Source: Chrysomallon squamiferum | Lineage: Eukaryota; Animalia; Mollusca | DNA: 64,000 nucleotides | Direction of reading: 5' to 3' | Assembly: GCA_012295275.1 (NCBI GenBank) | Contig: CM022679.1 | Coordinates: forward strand, 19,096,001-19,160,000 | Shown here: in pieces, positions 1 to 13,387 of the stretch | Layout: each line of letters opens with the position of its first letter | Position numbering within the stretch: the stretch's first letter is position 1 | Notes under the pieces: generated by a model | Told to the model about the DNA's origin: nothing | Databases searched by the model: none | What the model saw: the letters and a program-made list of their open reading frames with translations, nothing else | Position numbers and translations under genes: made by a program

Positions 1-696
1 ATTTCATTTAATCGTTGTTCTAAAGTTCAAAACAACAAATATATATTCACAGTAAAAAAAAATAATAAATAAATAAAAGCGACCAAAAAAAGAACAACAA
101 AAGAAACAGAAATTTTCATATTGTTATTATTTTTAAGCCACGAGATAAGTAATGCATATTAATATAAGTGACAGGTATATAATTGTAGGACATTACATAT
201 TGATTTCATCAAAGGGCTATGGAAGCTGCTTATTATACACGTGTTTCATTGATAAAAAATAACCACAATGTAGTTCCGTTATACATAATACGTTAATTAA
301 CTCCTTAACATTAATATCCAGATCTGATGTAATTAATTACGTGGCCACATCATTAAGGGAGATTTTGGTGACAATGCGCGATGTTTTATTAGCCATCTTC
401 TGAAAATGGACTAATTATGTAACTAAACATTCTGTCATGTAAAATGATTCTCATTATCAACAAATCTCTTCCGTTATTCAGTAGTAAGCACATAGTCGGC
501 GTGTGCCCTATGTGTATCGAAGTGCATTCGCGGTCTTTGAGTATATGTGTGTGTGATGTGTGTGTGCGTGTGGGTGGGTGGTATATGATTATATAATAAC
601 GAAAAAATTGGTGTATACTGAACAGTAATTAAAGAAAACAAAATTAATGATAAAGATTAGGTCATGCTTTTGATAAAAGAATACAAAACCATATTT

Positions 697-728
<32 letters not shown>

Positions 729-795
729 ATAATAAAGAAAATAAAGGAAATTAGAAAAAGCCTTTAATTAGCCTGCAGATGTCATTTTCATTTAC

Positions 796-908
796 CTTGA
801 TGATAATGTGCAAGGTGTCGATATTAGCTCGTTGTAATGGCAGCAAGACTAGCACTTCTCCCAGGTAAGGATCTATTTTAAAATGATCCTCATAACCAGC
901 GGGTTTTA
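796..908 (-). CDS. Cadherin exon 10, (V)KPAGYEDHFKIDPYLGEVLVLLPLQRANIDTLHIIIK
   Basis: FxIDxxxGxV motif; ttttgatag acceptor and AAG|GTAAAT donor; 113 nt, phase 1-0. Confidence 0.92.
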
Positions 909-1977
909 CTATCAAAATAACATCAGAGTACATGAATTCACGAAAAGCTCAATGCAACAGTATTAATCAGTTATGAATGTGACTAAAATGGAATTTCATG
1001 TAGCATAAGTAAAGGAAAAAGAATAAAAATATTTTAGTAAATTTCTTCTTTTGTTTGTTTCAGATATTTAGCCTCTAGGTAATATACTTCACTGATATCA
1101 CCCCTTTAAAACAGTTACACATTTTTCTTAAATTATTTACCTTTGATTATGGAATATTTAATGGTATAATTCAAAGAATCTCGATCGTGAGCTCGGATCT
1201 GTGCCGGCCAAATTCTCAGGTTTCCCTGCAAAAGAAAATAATTTAAATTTTACAATATAAAAACTCTCACTTATAGATATAATATTATTTTTACAAGTAT
1301 ACAGAAAACAGTTTATTTTAACTGATTCCTAACTAAATTCTATTAAAGATTCAACAATTTAAAAGCGATAGTAAATAACAAGCGAAACAAAAGAAAACGT
1401 ATAATACGGTAATGAGATGCTGTAGATAATTGTAATATTCTTAAAATAGTCAACATTAAATGTTCCGTGTAACTTGTTTATTCAGTATAAATTGTTTCTA
1501 TGTAGTTATGTTTAGCCTATAGGTAGGTAGATAGGTAGGTAGATAGATATGCAGATTTTTTTAGGAAGGTGCTTATGTGTGTGTGCATCGGTGTGTGCGT
1601 ACATGATTATAATAAGTAAAAAGAAAAATAAGAAAAAAAATGTCAGTTATTACCTCAAACGTGCTTCTCATGACGGCTTCGTAAGATGGCGTTGCACAGT
1701 AACCGTCCACTAGAGGGCAGTTATCATATATAAAAGCTGGTCCTAAATCATCAGCATCCATGACGTACACTCTCAGTGTCGTATAACCACTTCTTGGGTT
1801 AGGATATCCGTCATCCTGTTGTGTAATACACGTATCAGTCAGTACTGTTACTACTATCATCACCACCAATACTTCCACCATCTCATATAATAATTGTTCT
1901 TCTACTTATTATTATTATTATTATTATTATTATCATCATCATCATAATCATTATTGGAATTCTCACACACACACACT

Positions 1978-2010
<33 letters not shown>

Positions 2011-2105
2011 GGATCAGCTAGTTACGCCATTAATACTTTATACTGTGAAAGTTAGAATGGCAAATGGAGTCAGACTTTTGTGTTTATGTGTGTGTGTGTG
2101 CGTGC

Positions 2106-2142
<37 letters not shown>

Positions 2143-2643
2143 AAATAAAATGAAATGAACGGAAATGAACTAGATTAACTAGAAGAAAAAGAATAAAAAG
2201 TTTTAATGATGACTGGGATGATAATGATGATTATCTCACCACTGCTGATATGTTGAGCATGTAATAAGCCTTTTCAGCAGAATCCATCACGTCGTAGTCC
2301 AAGGATTTTTTAAGAATTATTTCGGATCCTGAAGGTGACAGTGTAAACATTTCTAATCCGTCAACCTAATAGAACAGGTAATTAAAATAAATTATTTCAT
2401 CTGAACAAAAAAAATTAAAAAGTTTTTTTTATCAGAATAAAAGATTACAAATTGGAATCGAGTAAGCCAAGCAGAGCAATATATATTTAAACCACACCTT
2501 ATTTAGAAATTATTAAGACAGTTTAAAAATATATAAACATACAAAAACATCCTAAATAAACGAAAAGAAATAATGAAAATTACATAATAATTAAGAGTCA
2601 CGGAATTTTGTTAATGAGGAAATTACAGTTTTCAAAACTTAAA

Positions 2644-2687
<44 letters not shown>

Positions 2688-4388
2688 ACCATTTGTAACA
2701 GTCAACGTTAGATCAGTACGAAACTGTTTACTTATTGCAATTATATGCAAAATCGATCTTGGTTGCAACAAACAAATTGACTGTTATTTGTTTTTATATT
2801 TCTTCATGTGAAAATGTGTGGGTAAAATATATACTGTTAAATGTTAACATAACCTAGAAGTAGACATAATTTGCACTTATTATATGTAATAATCAGTAGC
2901 TTTTTGTGAAGGTTTTAAAAAATATAAATTTTAAATTTTGATAAGATGACACAAAAATTACACATTGTAATTTGAGTTTATTTTTAAAGTAATGTCAGGT
3001 TTGTAGCTGATCGATAAACTATTATTAGAAAAAATTTGGCTCCACTAAATGACATACTGCACTTTCTTTTTTCTATCAACGTACATACACAAATAGAAAC
3101 CATAATTTAAATTTGTGAAGATGCAATAATTTCATAGTAGCATTTAAACATTTTAGACGTGAAATAAAATGGTTCTCGAACTATAATGCATAGTTGTGTT
3201 GTTGGTAGGAACAGGTTATCATATTGTGTTGTTGGGGAAAGAATGCTCAGAAACCCTAAGTTATACTGATAAAATTCCAAGTTCACTGGTTTTCACCCAT
3301 CAAATAATCACGTACCGAGTGGTCGACATAAGAGTGGAGTCGGTATCCTGTTACTCTTCCATTAATATCAGGATCGACAGCCAAGTCTTTCAAGCCAAAC
3401 ACAGATGTCCCAATAGTAGTTATCTGCATGAAAAATAAATTTACTGTATAAAATGATATACAGTGAGAAAAAAACAAAAAGAAAACACGTACACAAACTA
3501 TTCAAATTGTACTTATTTGGAGTCTTAATTAAATGCGTATGAAAAACTGATAGTTAGCTGCCTAATTAAATAACATAAATAAATAACTTTACTGTAGTTA
3601 ACTTTACATAACATTATTTTTCATTTAACGTGGATTTATGTTACTTTAAAATGTTACTCTACAGTGCTGAGTATCTCGCTGTACTCCATTCTACTCACCT
3701 CGTTCACTTCCGTCACAAACGGGCCACTCACGAAGTATGGATCATTGTCATTAACATCCAGAATGACTAGCTCCTGTTTGAACTGTTAATACAAATGCTT
3801 ATTTAACCATTTTTAACCTATTAAACGATTACATCTTGTATCTCACACTGCGTGAAATTGAATTCCATATCTGTCAGAGGTAATTCAAAATTAACTGAAT
3901 TACAAAATGAGGTAGAATAAAAAAAAGAAATAATTCCTTGTATTATAATATGTATTATAATAAGCTTTCTACTTCTTTTTGTCAGATGAAATTTTAATAA
4001 TATGCCTTTATAACAATATGCAGGTATAATATTAATACAAGTTCACTTAGCTGCTATCTTGATAACCGGTAAACTTGTAACGTTGCTAACATTTTTTATA
4101 CTGAATGTTTCTATTTGAGTTGATTTCTTTAATTGCACTGCATTAATTTTAAAGCTGCAATGAAAAATTCCGTTAAACTGTGGATTAAAAGCAAACTTAG
4201 TTTGGTATGTGGTAAACAGTATTAACTACTGATCTACAACTGTTTATGAAGATCGACCAAGAGATTTCGAAATACGAGCTACAAGACTAATTTGTAAATC
4301 TTCAGACAATGTGTAATATTCACTATTCTAGAAACGTATAAAACACTGCCTTGTAGCAGGCAGTACTAAGAGAGAGAGAGAGCGAGAG

Positions 4389-4460
<72 letters not shown>

Positions 4461-7400
4461 ATTTAAAATGACTATCTGAATACAACATAACAACAACTGC
4501 AATTTAAAATGGGTGAGAAAATGTTACCAGTCTGACAAAGTGCTATTCACATTTAGAAACACGTTTACTTACGACGTGTTTCCATCCTTGGTACAAACAT
4601 TCCAGTGTAAATGGCAGTGACTCTCGATGTCGAATCTACATAATGGTGAAAAATGTGTAATACTATCTACTGAATGATGTACATGTATCATGTCATCTAT
4701 TCTAAACACTATCTACATAATAACGAACATATATCAAGTACTATTCTAAACATAATATAGTAAAAATATTTATTCCTTTTCAACACTGATGTAACTAACA
4801 AACGTTATTAACATAATAAAATAAACAAATATCAGAAAAGTAAAATTATTGAATGATTAACATGTGCTTCAAATTTACGGTTTTGTATGTTGATGATATT
4901 AGAGAGGAAGTTTACTTCCCAACCGTTGAGGAAAATTAATGAGGAAAGCGCTCTACCTCTTGGCTGAAACAGGTTTTCCTAACAACAATACGTGCCTCTA
5001 ACTAATAATAATAAAGTTAAAATAACAAAATATTGCTAATGAAATAAATAAGATATTTTTATTAGATTAGGAAATTAACACTTTGCCTCTGTTGTCTCGT
5101 TGTTAATTTCCTCTAAGTCAGGAGATTTGAGAAACGTGAAGATGACGTTATTTGGATCGTGACTTAGTCCTATATATCCCTGAGGACCGTCTTCTTTAAA
5201 CGCCCACTGGTCCCCATCTTCACGCGGTATGTGCATTATAGTTGTACCTGGAATTACACACCCAAACATCATTACTAACAAGAATAAAAAAAAACATTTT
5301 CTGTTTCACGCCATTAATCTGAGCAGAAATTTTACTTGGCCTTACCTTAATTCATTGTCTTGCATTGTCTGCTTAACATGAAAAACTGTTTAATTTGAAA
5401 AGAAAGCTGTCTTTAATTTTCCACATTCAGTTATTTGATTTAAAATATTTGTACAACCACATCACTTCATCATATTTCTGCGTTCATTTACACGGTTCAC
5501 TTTTCTATTTATAAGCTGTATGGAATTGTATTTATTGTTTTATTATACATAGGACATAATATACTACAGCCTCAGATAAAATAATAATAATTATATTCAT
5601 TTGTAATGAAGAAGCATAAAATGCTAGCGTGAATGAATGAATAACTACACCTTAATCAAAATGGTTTGTGTTATTTTGTTGTATAAAGAGCTGGAAGAAA
5701 ATGTGAGGCGTTTGTTAAGTTATTTTGTTTCTCTTTATTTGGAGTTATGTACACTTTCAGACTTTACGTTTGTAAAGAAGTGTAATAACAATTCACAGTT
5801 AATCATTAAAATAAACTTTAAAAGAAAAATATGCCGAGTTTGGAGACTGTTGATCCTTGCAAGAAAGTCAGCATTGGACAAATATACACAAAAAAAAAGA
5901 AGAAGAAGAAAAAGAAAGAATAAACACAAAATATATCTTATTTCCTCAAAGAAAAAACAATTTACTCAGACAAAGAAGTCACAGGAAGTCAAATACATAA
6001 ATGTCAAAAACTGGTTAGTATATAAAATTGTCACCTTTAAACACGTTGTATGCTTGATTAAGGCTCAGTCTAGGGTAACAAGGTGCTTTAATGGCCACCA
6101 AACAAAGAATATAAACGCTATCTATATAAATCAATAATGTGTATCTATCTACTAGAGAAATAAACACAACACCAGTTAAGGTTCACGTTAATTATTTAAT
6201 TATAATACACAGGTAACTTGATAATAATACATTATACAATCATAACACACACAATTAAGTAATTTTTTGTATCGAGAAAGGTCATACGAGTAAGGTCATA
6301 CGGGGAACCAAGAGAAAATAAGAATCTGCACGGAGGACAGATTATAACCTTAAAATATTATTGACACAGGTTAATTGCACCTTACACCCTATCAAAATAA
6401 GAATAGACAATTGCTTACCATACTCGTCCGTAAAGACAATGTCATATTTGGTTTCCCCGCCTGACTGAACTCTCGTCTTGACCGTTTCTTTAGCTCACGC
6501 TTACTTCGCTTTGCTCTGTTCTCTTCCCCTTTTAATTACCAAAATTCTAGCCTTTTTATAACAACGCCATGGATTGAAAAATTAGGGGAAACAATAAAAA
6601 GAGCGGATGTGATTGTAGTAATAATTAAAGTTACGCAATTTCAGTTCCATCGCTTAAACATAAAATGAGCGGATCTCTGAATGAAGTAACACATTTAGTT
6701 AAGCAATCTGAATTCCGTGACAAAAATAAATACAGTATTCCCTCGCTATTCGCGGGGGTTACGTTCTTTACCCCCCCCCCCGCGAATAGCGAAAAACCGC
6801 GAATATTGGATGCAGTTTTAAAACGTCTATTATGAGATTATATACGGTACTAAATGCTTCCCAAACACTTTCTAAAGACACTCTTATTCATTAATACAGT
6901 AATAATGTAGTAATATTGCATGCAGTTATGTATTTCACTAATGTAGTAATGATAATGTAAACACATTTTAATTTTGTACTGAAACAATATTTTAATCAGA
7001 AAGAAACGTAAGTACATGAGGACAGTAACACCGCATAGCATAGTTACCCATACAGTATTACTGCACCGTAAAGTCATTTTCTATGCGTACAACATATGTA
7101 TTAGAATTGACAGAAAGTGGAACAAATTTAAAGGCAAAACAGACAGATAAATACAGTTCAGGTAATAATATGCAATTAAAAACATTATTAATACACGGTC
7201 ACAAAAAATATGCACTGTATATACAGTGTATGCATTTATAAAAAAAATACGTACTGTATTGCAATAATAATTGAAAAAATTTGATATTGTTTGTGCGGTT
7301 TACCGAGCATTTGTTTTTATGACGTTATGACGCTAGCCTGGTATACCAGCATACGATGCGATATGGTTAAGAGCCTAACCCGCGAATATGCGGGGCCGCG

Positions 7401-8568
7401 AATGGGGAACCGCGTATAGGTGAGGGTATACTGTAATTAAAACTAATAATAACAAAGAAATGATTCTTTATGAGTGATGACGATTATCATTATCATCATA
7501 ATAACTGTGACAACAGTACATACAAAATACGTACATATGTATGTATGTATGTACACATATACATATATAAACATATATATACATACATTATATACATATA
7601 TTCACACATCTATAGACATTCAGATACATACATATATATAATTTATTTATACTGTCAATAAACTCGTACAAACTTATTATATTACACAGATATATTAGTT
7701 TACAAATGTCTGACAAGTTTCCTGTGTATTGAAAAGGGCAGACGGAAACTTAACCGTTCATTTCATCTGAGAATTGATGTCAAGAAGACTTCCAAACAAA
7801 CTACCAATTAAATTAACTTTTAGCTGGCGTAAATAAGAGAAACTCTTTTCAAGATCAAGAATGTAAAAATGCCAGGAAACGAAATACTATTTATATTTGC
7901 ACTTTATATTTTCTAAATTTAAACTGTAATTAAAAATCAGAAATAGCTAAGCACACAAACATATACACACGCACACACGCACACACACACATTCATACAT
8001 ACTTACAACGTACTTAAGTACAAACAAACAATGGAATGTATCTAATGAACTTTCAAGTAATAGAATAAATGAACTAATTACATTTACAAAAAGGTTTTTT
8101 CATGCAGTTTTGTTCAAGATCTATATGAGATACTAGAGAATAAAGAAACAACCCAAAAGATTTAGAAGATAAGTTGGTTTCGGTTATTTGCATTTATCTA
8201 TATTTTATAAATATTATCTTTTATTAATCTTCTTTCAAATTTTAATATTATGTGCTAACGGATCCCCCTTGACGGTAATTACAACATCATTAATCTTTGC
8301 AAAATTGCCTCCATCAAAAAGAAAAAGAAGAAAAAAAAAGATCAACATCCAGCCACTGATAACGAAAACTAAACTCACCTACATTAAATGCTATGTCAGC
8401 ATTGTTTGCCGTTTTAAAAGTGGTCGTTTCAGGCCAGCGAAGTTATTCTGTGTAAGTAGTAACATTCTCTGGTCTTCTTTTAAAATAATTTGTATGGTAA
8501 TATCAGAAAAATATTTTTCGTTTTCTTATCACGTTTTGTTTGTTTTTTATTATTATTATTGGTTTTGG

Positions 8569-8616
<48 letters not shown>

Positions 8617-11600
8617 GTTGTTGTTGTTGTTGTTGTTGTTGTTCTCATAATAATTACATTTATAAAACATTTTCTTCCGTTGTATATAGTCCGTCACAAC
8701 GGAACGTTAAAATAATAATAATAATAATAATAATAAAATACGTGGAAATTCCAATTATTCAGGCACTTTACACTGATTAGTACGGGTAACAGTATGAAAA
8801 CCAGACGGTCAGATATTACGGAAATTCGATTAAGACAATAACAAATCAAATAACAGACTTCCTAGAATTAATGCAGTTCTCTGCTCTACTGGCTACAAAG
8901 AATATACTGAAGTAAGAGGTTATCCTGTAGAAGTTTATCAGTGAAGCAATTCATAATTAGAAGTAAAGAACAACTGCAGTTATACGTAAGTAAAAACAAT
9001 TACAGGTGTACGTAAGTAAATCACAACTACAGTTGTACGTAAGGAAAGAACAACTACAGTTGTACGTAAGTAAATCACAACTACAGTTGTACGTAAGGAA
9101 AGAACAACTACAGTTATACGTAAGTAAATCACAACTACAGTTGTACGTAAGGAAAGAACAACTACAGTTATACGTAAGTAAATCACAACTACAGTTGTAC
9201 GTAAGGAATTATGACATTTATGACATTTATGATTTTAAAATCCATACTATATCTGTATATATAAATAAAAATGATATTCAATATGCACCTATTTGACTGC
9301 TTGAAATCAAAGCTATAAAAACGGATAAAATAGAAATGAATTAAGAAAACAAAGAGAAAAGAGTAGAATAAAAATATTTTTAAAAATCCCACAAACTACT
9401 ATTATTTATTTATTTATTAGTTTGTTTGTTTGTTTGTTTGTTTGTTTGTTTATCTGTTTATGTATTTGTTTATTTATTTATTTATTTATTTATTTACTTA
9501 CTTACTTACTTTTAGCTTTAGTTATAGCAAAAGAATCTTAAAGTATGAAACCAGTATGATATAAATTGTTTTTTATGCAAAGCTGCATTGAGTGGTTTAA
9601 GAGTATCACCAAAGCGAGGGATAGTAATAGGATCCAGGCGATTTATTTTCAAAATGAAGATATATTAGAGGCAAGTAGCACCCAGTGAAATAAATTACCA
9701 TAGAAAAACCCATATATATGCCATCGAGTAATAAAAAGGAATTCTGGATTTCTCAGTGGACATTTCTGAAAGCATTACTGGAAGATGAAAATATACCGTC
9801 TAAATTACTTCTAACAGTGTAATGCCTATATAGTTCTATTTTCATCGAGACTGAGAAAAGAAACCGATGCAAAGCAAACAAGAAAAAAAGTAAGTTATAA
9901 ATATCATGCATCGATGTACTTCAATCGTTTAAATAATATTTTGTAAGAAAAATAACAGTTGCTTTCTGATTATATATTATTATTTCCTTGACCTTTCTGT
10001 ACGTACCAGATCAGTATTATGTATTTCAGAGAACATAGTTATATTATATACTTTGTTATAAAGATGTCTGTGTCTCTCTGATTATAAAGGTTTGTGTGTG
10101 TGTGTGTGTGTGTATTTACACACACACGAATCTGTGAGAGTATATACGTTACGTGTGTATATGTCATTGAATTATAGATAGATAGATGGATGAATGGATG
10201 GATACATGCCTACATATATATATATATATGAATAATTGTGTATGGATTAATGTATATATGTATGTATGTATGTATGTATTGTACGGGAGGTTCTGATTCA
10301 TTGATTTATACAGATTCCTACATTGTATTTTTAAAGTTATATAAATATATTTTAAGGATCCTTACCTGGTGGTACATCTTCACTAAAAGAGAGAATCGTT
10401 GAGTTAACGACGCAGGCGCAATCTGTGAATGAAAATAAATAAATTATATTTAGCCGAACAAATAATAATAATAAGAGGAAGAAGAACAAGAAAGAAAGAA
10501 AGGAATAATAAATAAATAAATAAATAAATAAACCAAATAAACATTATTAAAAATAATTATAATCATGTTATAACGACTTCTTAAGTTCATATTCAAACAA
10601 GACCGGTTTTATAAAAGAAAAATGAGAAAATGTACAAGAAAGAGAAACGATAAAGAAAATAATGATTAAAAATGTCTATAAATATTGATGTTCCAGTTGT
10701 TTTTATCACTCGTGGGCGTAAAGATACTGTAAATCTAATTGGTAATGATACTGTTTTGTACTCATCTCTGGGTTTAAATCTGTGATTCTGTTTTGCGGTT
10801 GAACAATTCTGATATTCTGGGTTAAACGTATCTTGCATATATATTCATAATATTCTAAATTTATAATTATGACATTTTATTATAATGTATTGAAGTAAAT
10901 ACATTGTATATTATTATGCTATAATTTATTTTATTTTTTTGAGACTTTTATAATAAATTAAACGTTAGTGTGGGTTCATGCATGTATTTATGTATGTACT
11001 GTAATCTGTACAATTGCGCATGTATGTGTGTTTATTTGAATATGAACATCTATGCTGCGGTTTGGATAGTGAATTAAATCATTTCTATTAGCTCAGTTTA
11101 GGGGTTAAAATCGATAAGCGTAAGTCCGATGGTTCCACCAGTTTGTAAATGACTGATCAGACGCTGATGTAAACAGAAAACAAAATCATTAATAAACTGG
11201 CTAGGCAGCCCACGTCTGAAAGCGTTATCAGAGGAGAGAAATTAATTGATGTAGAGCAAGTTGAAATCGAAGAAATGTTCAAATGATAATTTATTACACA
11301 TTAAAGATATGAATTATTATCCAGACATTAAAAGAGAGAGAAAAAGTAGGAGGGAACGAAATGGGGAGAAAGAGATGGGGAGGGAGATGAAGAGACGGGG
11401 ATAAGCCTGTGTATTTCTGTTGACAAATGTGTCAGTATCATACATTAAACATTATCACCTATTTACTAACATCCATATACCCACAGAAAAAAAACAGACG
11501 AATTATTTTAGTCATTATTTTAATTTCTATCATGTACATATTTACATACATACACAGAGGTACACAAGAACAAACAATACCGACATACACAGAGAAAGAT

Positions 11601-13355
11601 GAAAAGTAGATATATCTACTGGACTAATAATACCCATTTGTTGAAAAGCACTTACTCAGTCTTGCAACAGATAGAGATCAATAAAAAGAACAAGTGGGGG
11701 AAAAATATGTCGGAAGAGCAAACAACACAACAGTGACTCAAAGATAAAATAAGATGAAGAAAGGGGAGGTTAACTGTTTTCGATCTCCAGTTTCCTGAGT
11801 GCAAGATACACTATTAAAAGATAATCATAGGAAAGTTAAAACTCAAGATGTCTTTAGCTAAATCTGATCACCTGAGCCTAACCAAGTCAGGATTATCCCT
11901 AGAAATGAATTGTTAAACTAATTTGTTTAGAGGGCGAGTCTGTTCATCCTCAATTATTCGCGCACTTTTGTTTGATGACACCTACGTCGGAGAATTTTAA
12001 AACTTCCTTTTACAAAAATGGAAATACAAATGAAACAATACTTTTAATAAAATACTAATATGTTATTAATCATTAATTTGATTAAAAGGAAGGTTGAGTA
12101 AAATTAATGTTAAATTACAAACTAAATGCCTGTATGTTGTTAAATAACTTTATATGTACATCTGTCTACATTTCTATCTCTATAGGCATTTATATAATTA
12201 TGTTTTCATATATGTGTGAACAGATTCATAAAACATGTCATATGTGTACCTATAAATAGTTGATCAGTAGAATTCTTAAGTAAATATAAAATCTTAAATT
12301 AAATCATACCACCCAATATCAGAACTTTTAGAATATAACTTTAGTTATTCGTCTGTATGGAAAAGCAATAAATGAGGCTGAAATTCATTATTTTGTATTT
12401 AATCATCAAATTAGTGTTAAGCTGTCTGGCTTTTGTAATTGAACAGGCTAAATACTGTATTTGTATAGATTATCTTTCCAGTTAACAGAACTATTTCAGC
12501 TACATCAATATTTCTCTGACAAGACAAACCAGACGGCTTAATTCATGTTTTTTTTTTTTTTTTTTTTAGTGAATATTTATTTTTGAGGCTGCTATATTAT
12601 GTTAATATCGAAAACGTAACCTTTACGTAACCAACGAGAGAGTGGTTTTATATTTCTGTATACGTATGGGGGAGCTCAAAGAAGACATAAATGGATACAA
12701 ATTAAAAATATAAGGAAAGGCTTTGAGAATTAGAAAGAAAGAATTATTAGGCCTGAATAAAAAGCAGATGAATGAAACTGAAAAATGAAAAAGAATAAAC
12801 AAATCCTATTAAGATGGCTTCTATTCTCAAGATTAAATAAAATTATCAAACGTTAATTCCTGATACAAATCACAGTAATCTATCACTGGACAGTAAGGAT
12901 AAACTATTAAGCTGTAAAGTCGTTGCCATCAAACTGGTAATTGTTATCGATTATTCCATGTTAGCAGCAGGACGGATGTAACATGCCATAGTCAGGTGTG
13001 AGAGGCGAGTCTGGCACACACGCTTTCATCAGTGAATGTTGACTCTTTCTGTCGCTCTCTGGTCACGGAGTACGGGAATGAATCACAGTTTGCTTGATAA
13101 TCTTATGTCGATGTTTAAAAGCTTTGATGGAAAGGCAAAAAGGAAAAGCCAAGAGTTACTGTTAGACGTGTAAGAAAGAGAAAATAATTCTGATTCGTGT
13201 GTGTTGTTTTAATTATTCTTGAGAAATATATTTATATATTTTACTTTAACTTCGTTTCTATCAATTGTTTTTAAAATTATTAATTGAATTGTGCAAAATG
13301 AACGTAAATAATTAATTACACTTAACAAATATCCAAATTAACAGACACACCCACC

Positions 13356-13387
<32 letters not shown>

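Noticed and set aside
341-399. Possible next cadherin exon (ttttcag|KMANKTSRIVTKISLNDVA..|gtaatt), phase 0 start
   Set aside because: Open and phase-compatible, but there is no recognisable cadherin motif and the donor is weak; cannot be supported without transcripts.
5637-8780. Long plus-strand ORFs of 166 and 175 aa
   Set aside because: Low-complexity, microsatellite-derived, antisense within a cadherin intron, with no domain features.
8980-9296. Repetitive ORFs on both strands and CRISPR-like periodicity
   Set aside because: A pure tandem 27-bp minisatellite with no unique spacers; the ORFs arise because the unit length is a multiple of 3.
11088-11142. TAGCTCAG...GGTTC pattern resembling tRNA/SINE A and B boxes
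   Set aside because: No cloverleaf, and the B box is degenerate.
11651-11740. Hydrophobic stretch (FFPHLFFLLISICCKT) ending at a GTAAGT donor, a possible alternative signal-peptide exon
   Set aside because: Ends in phase 2 while exon 2 needs phase 1, and no nearby in-frame ATG was seen.
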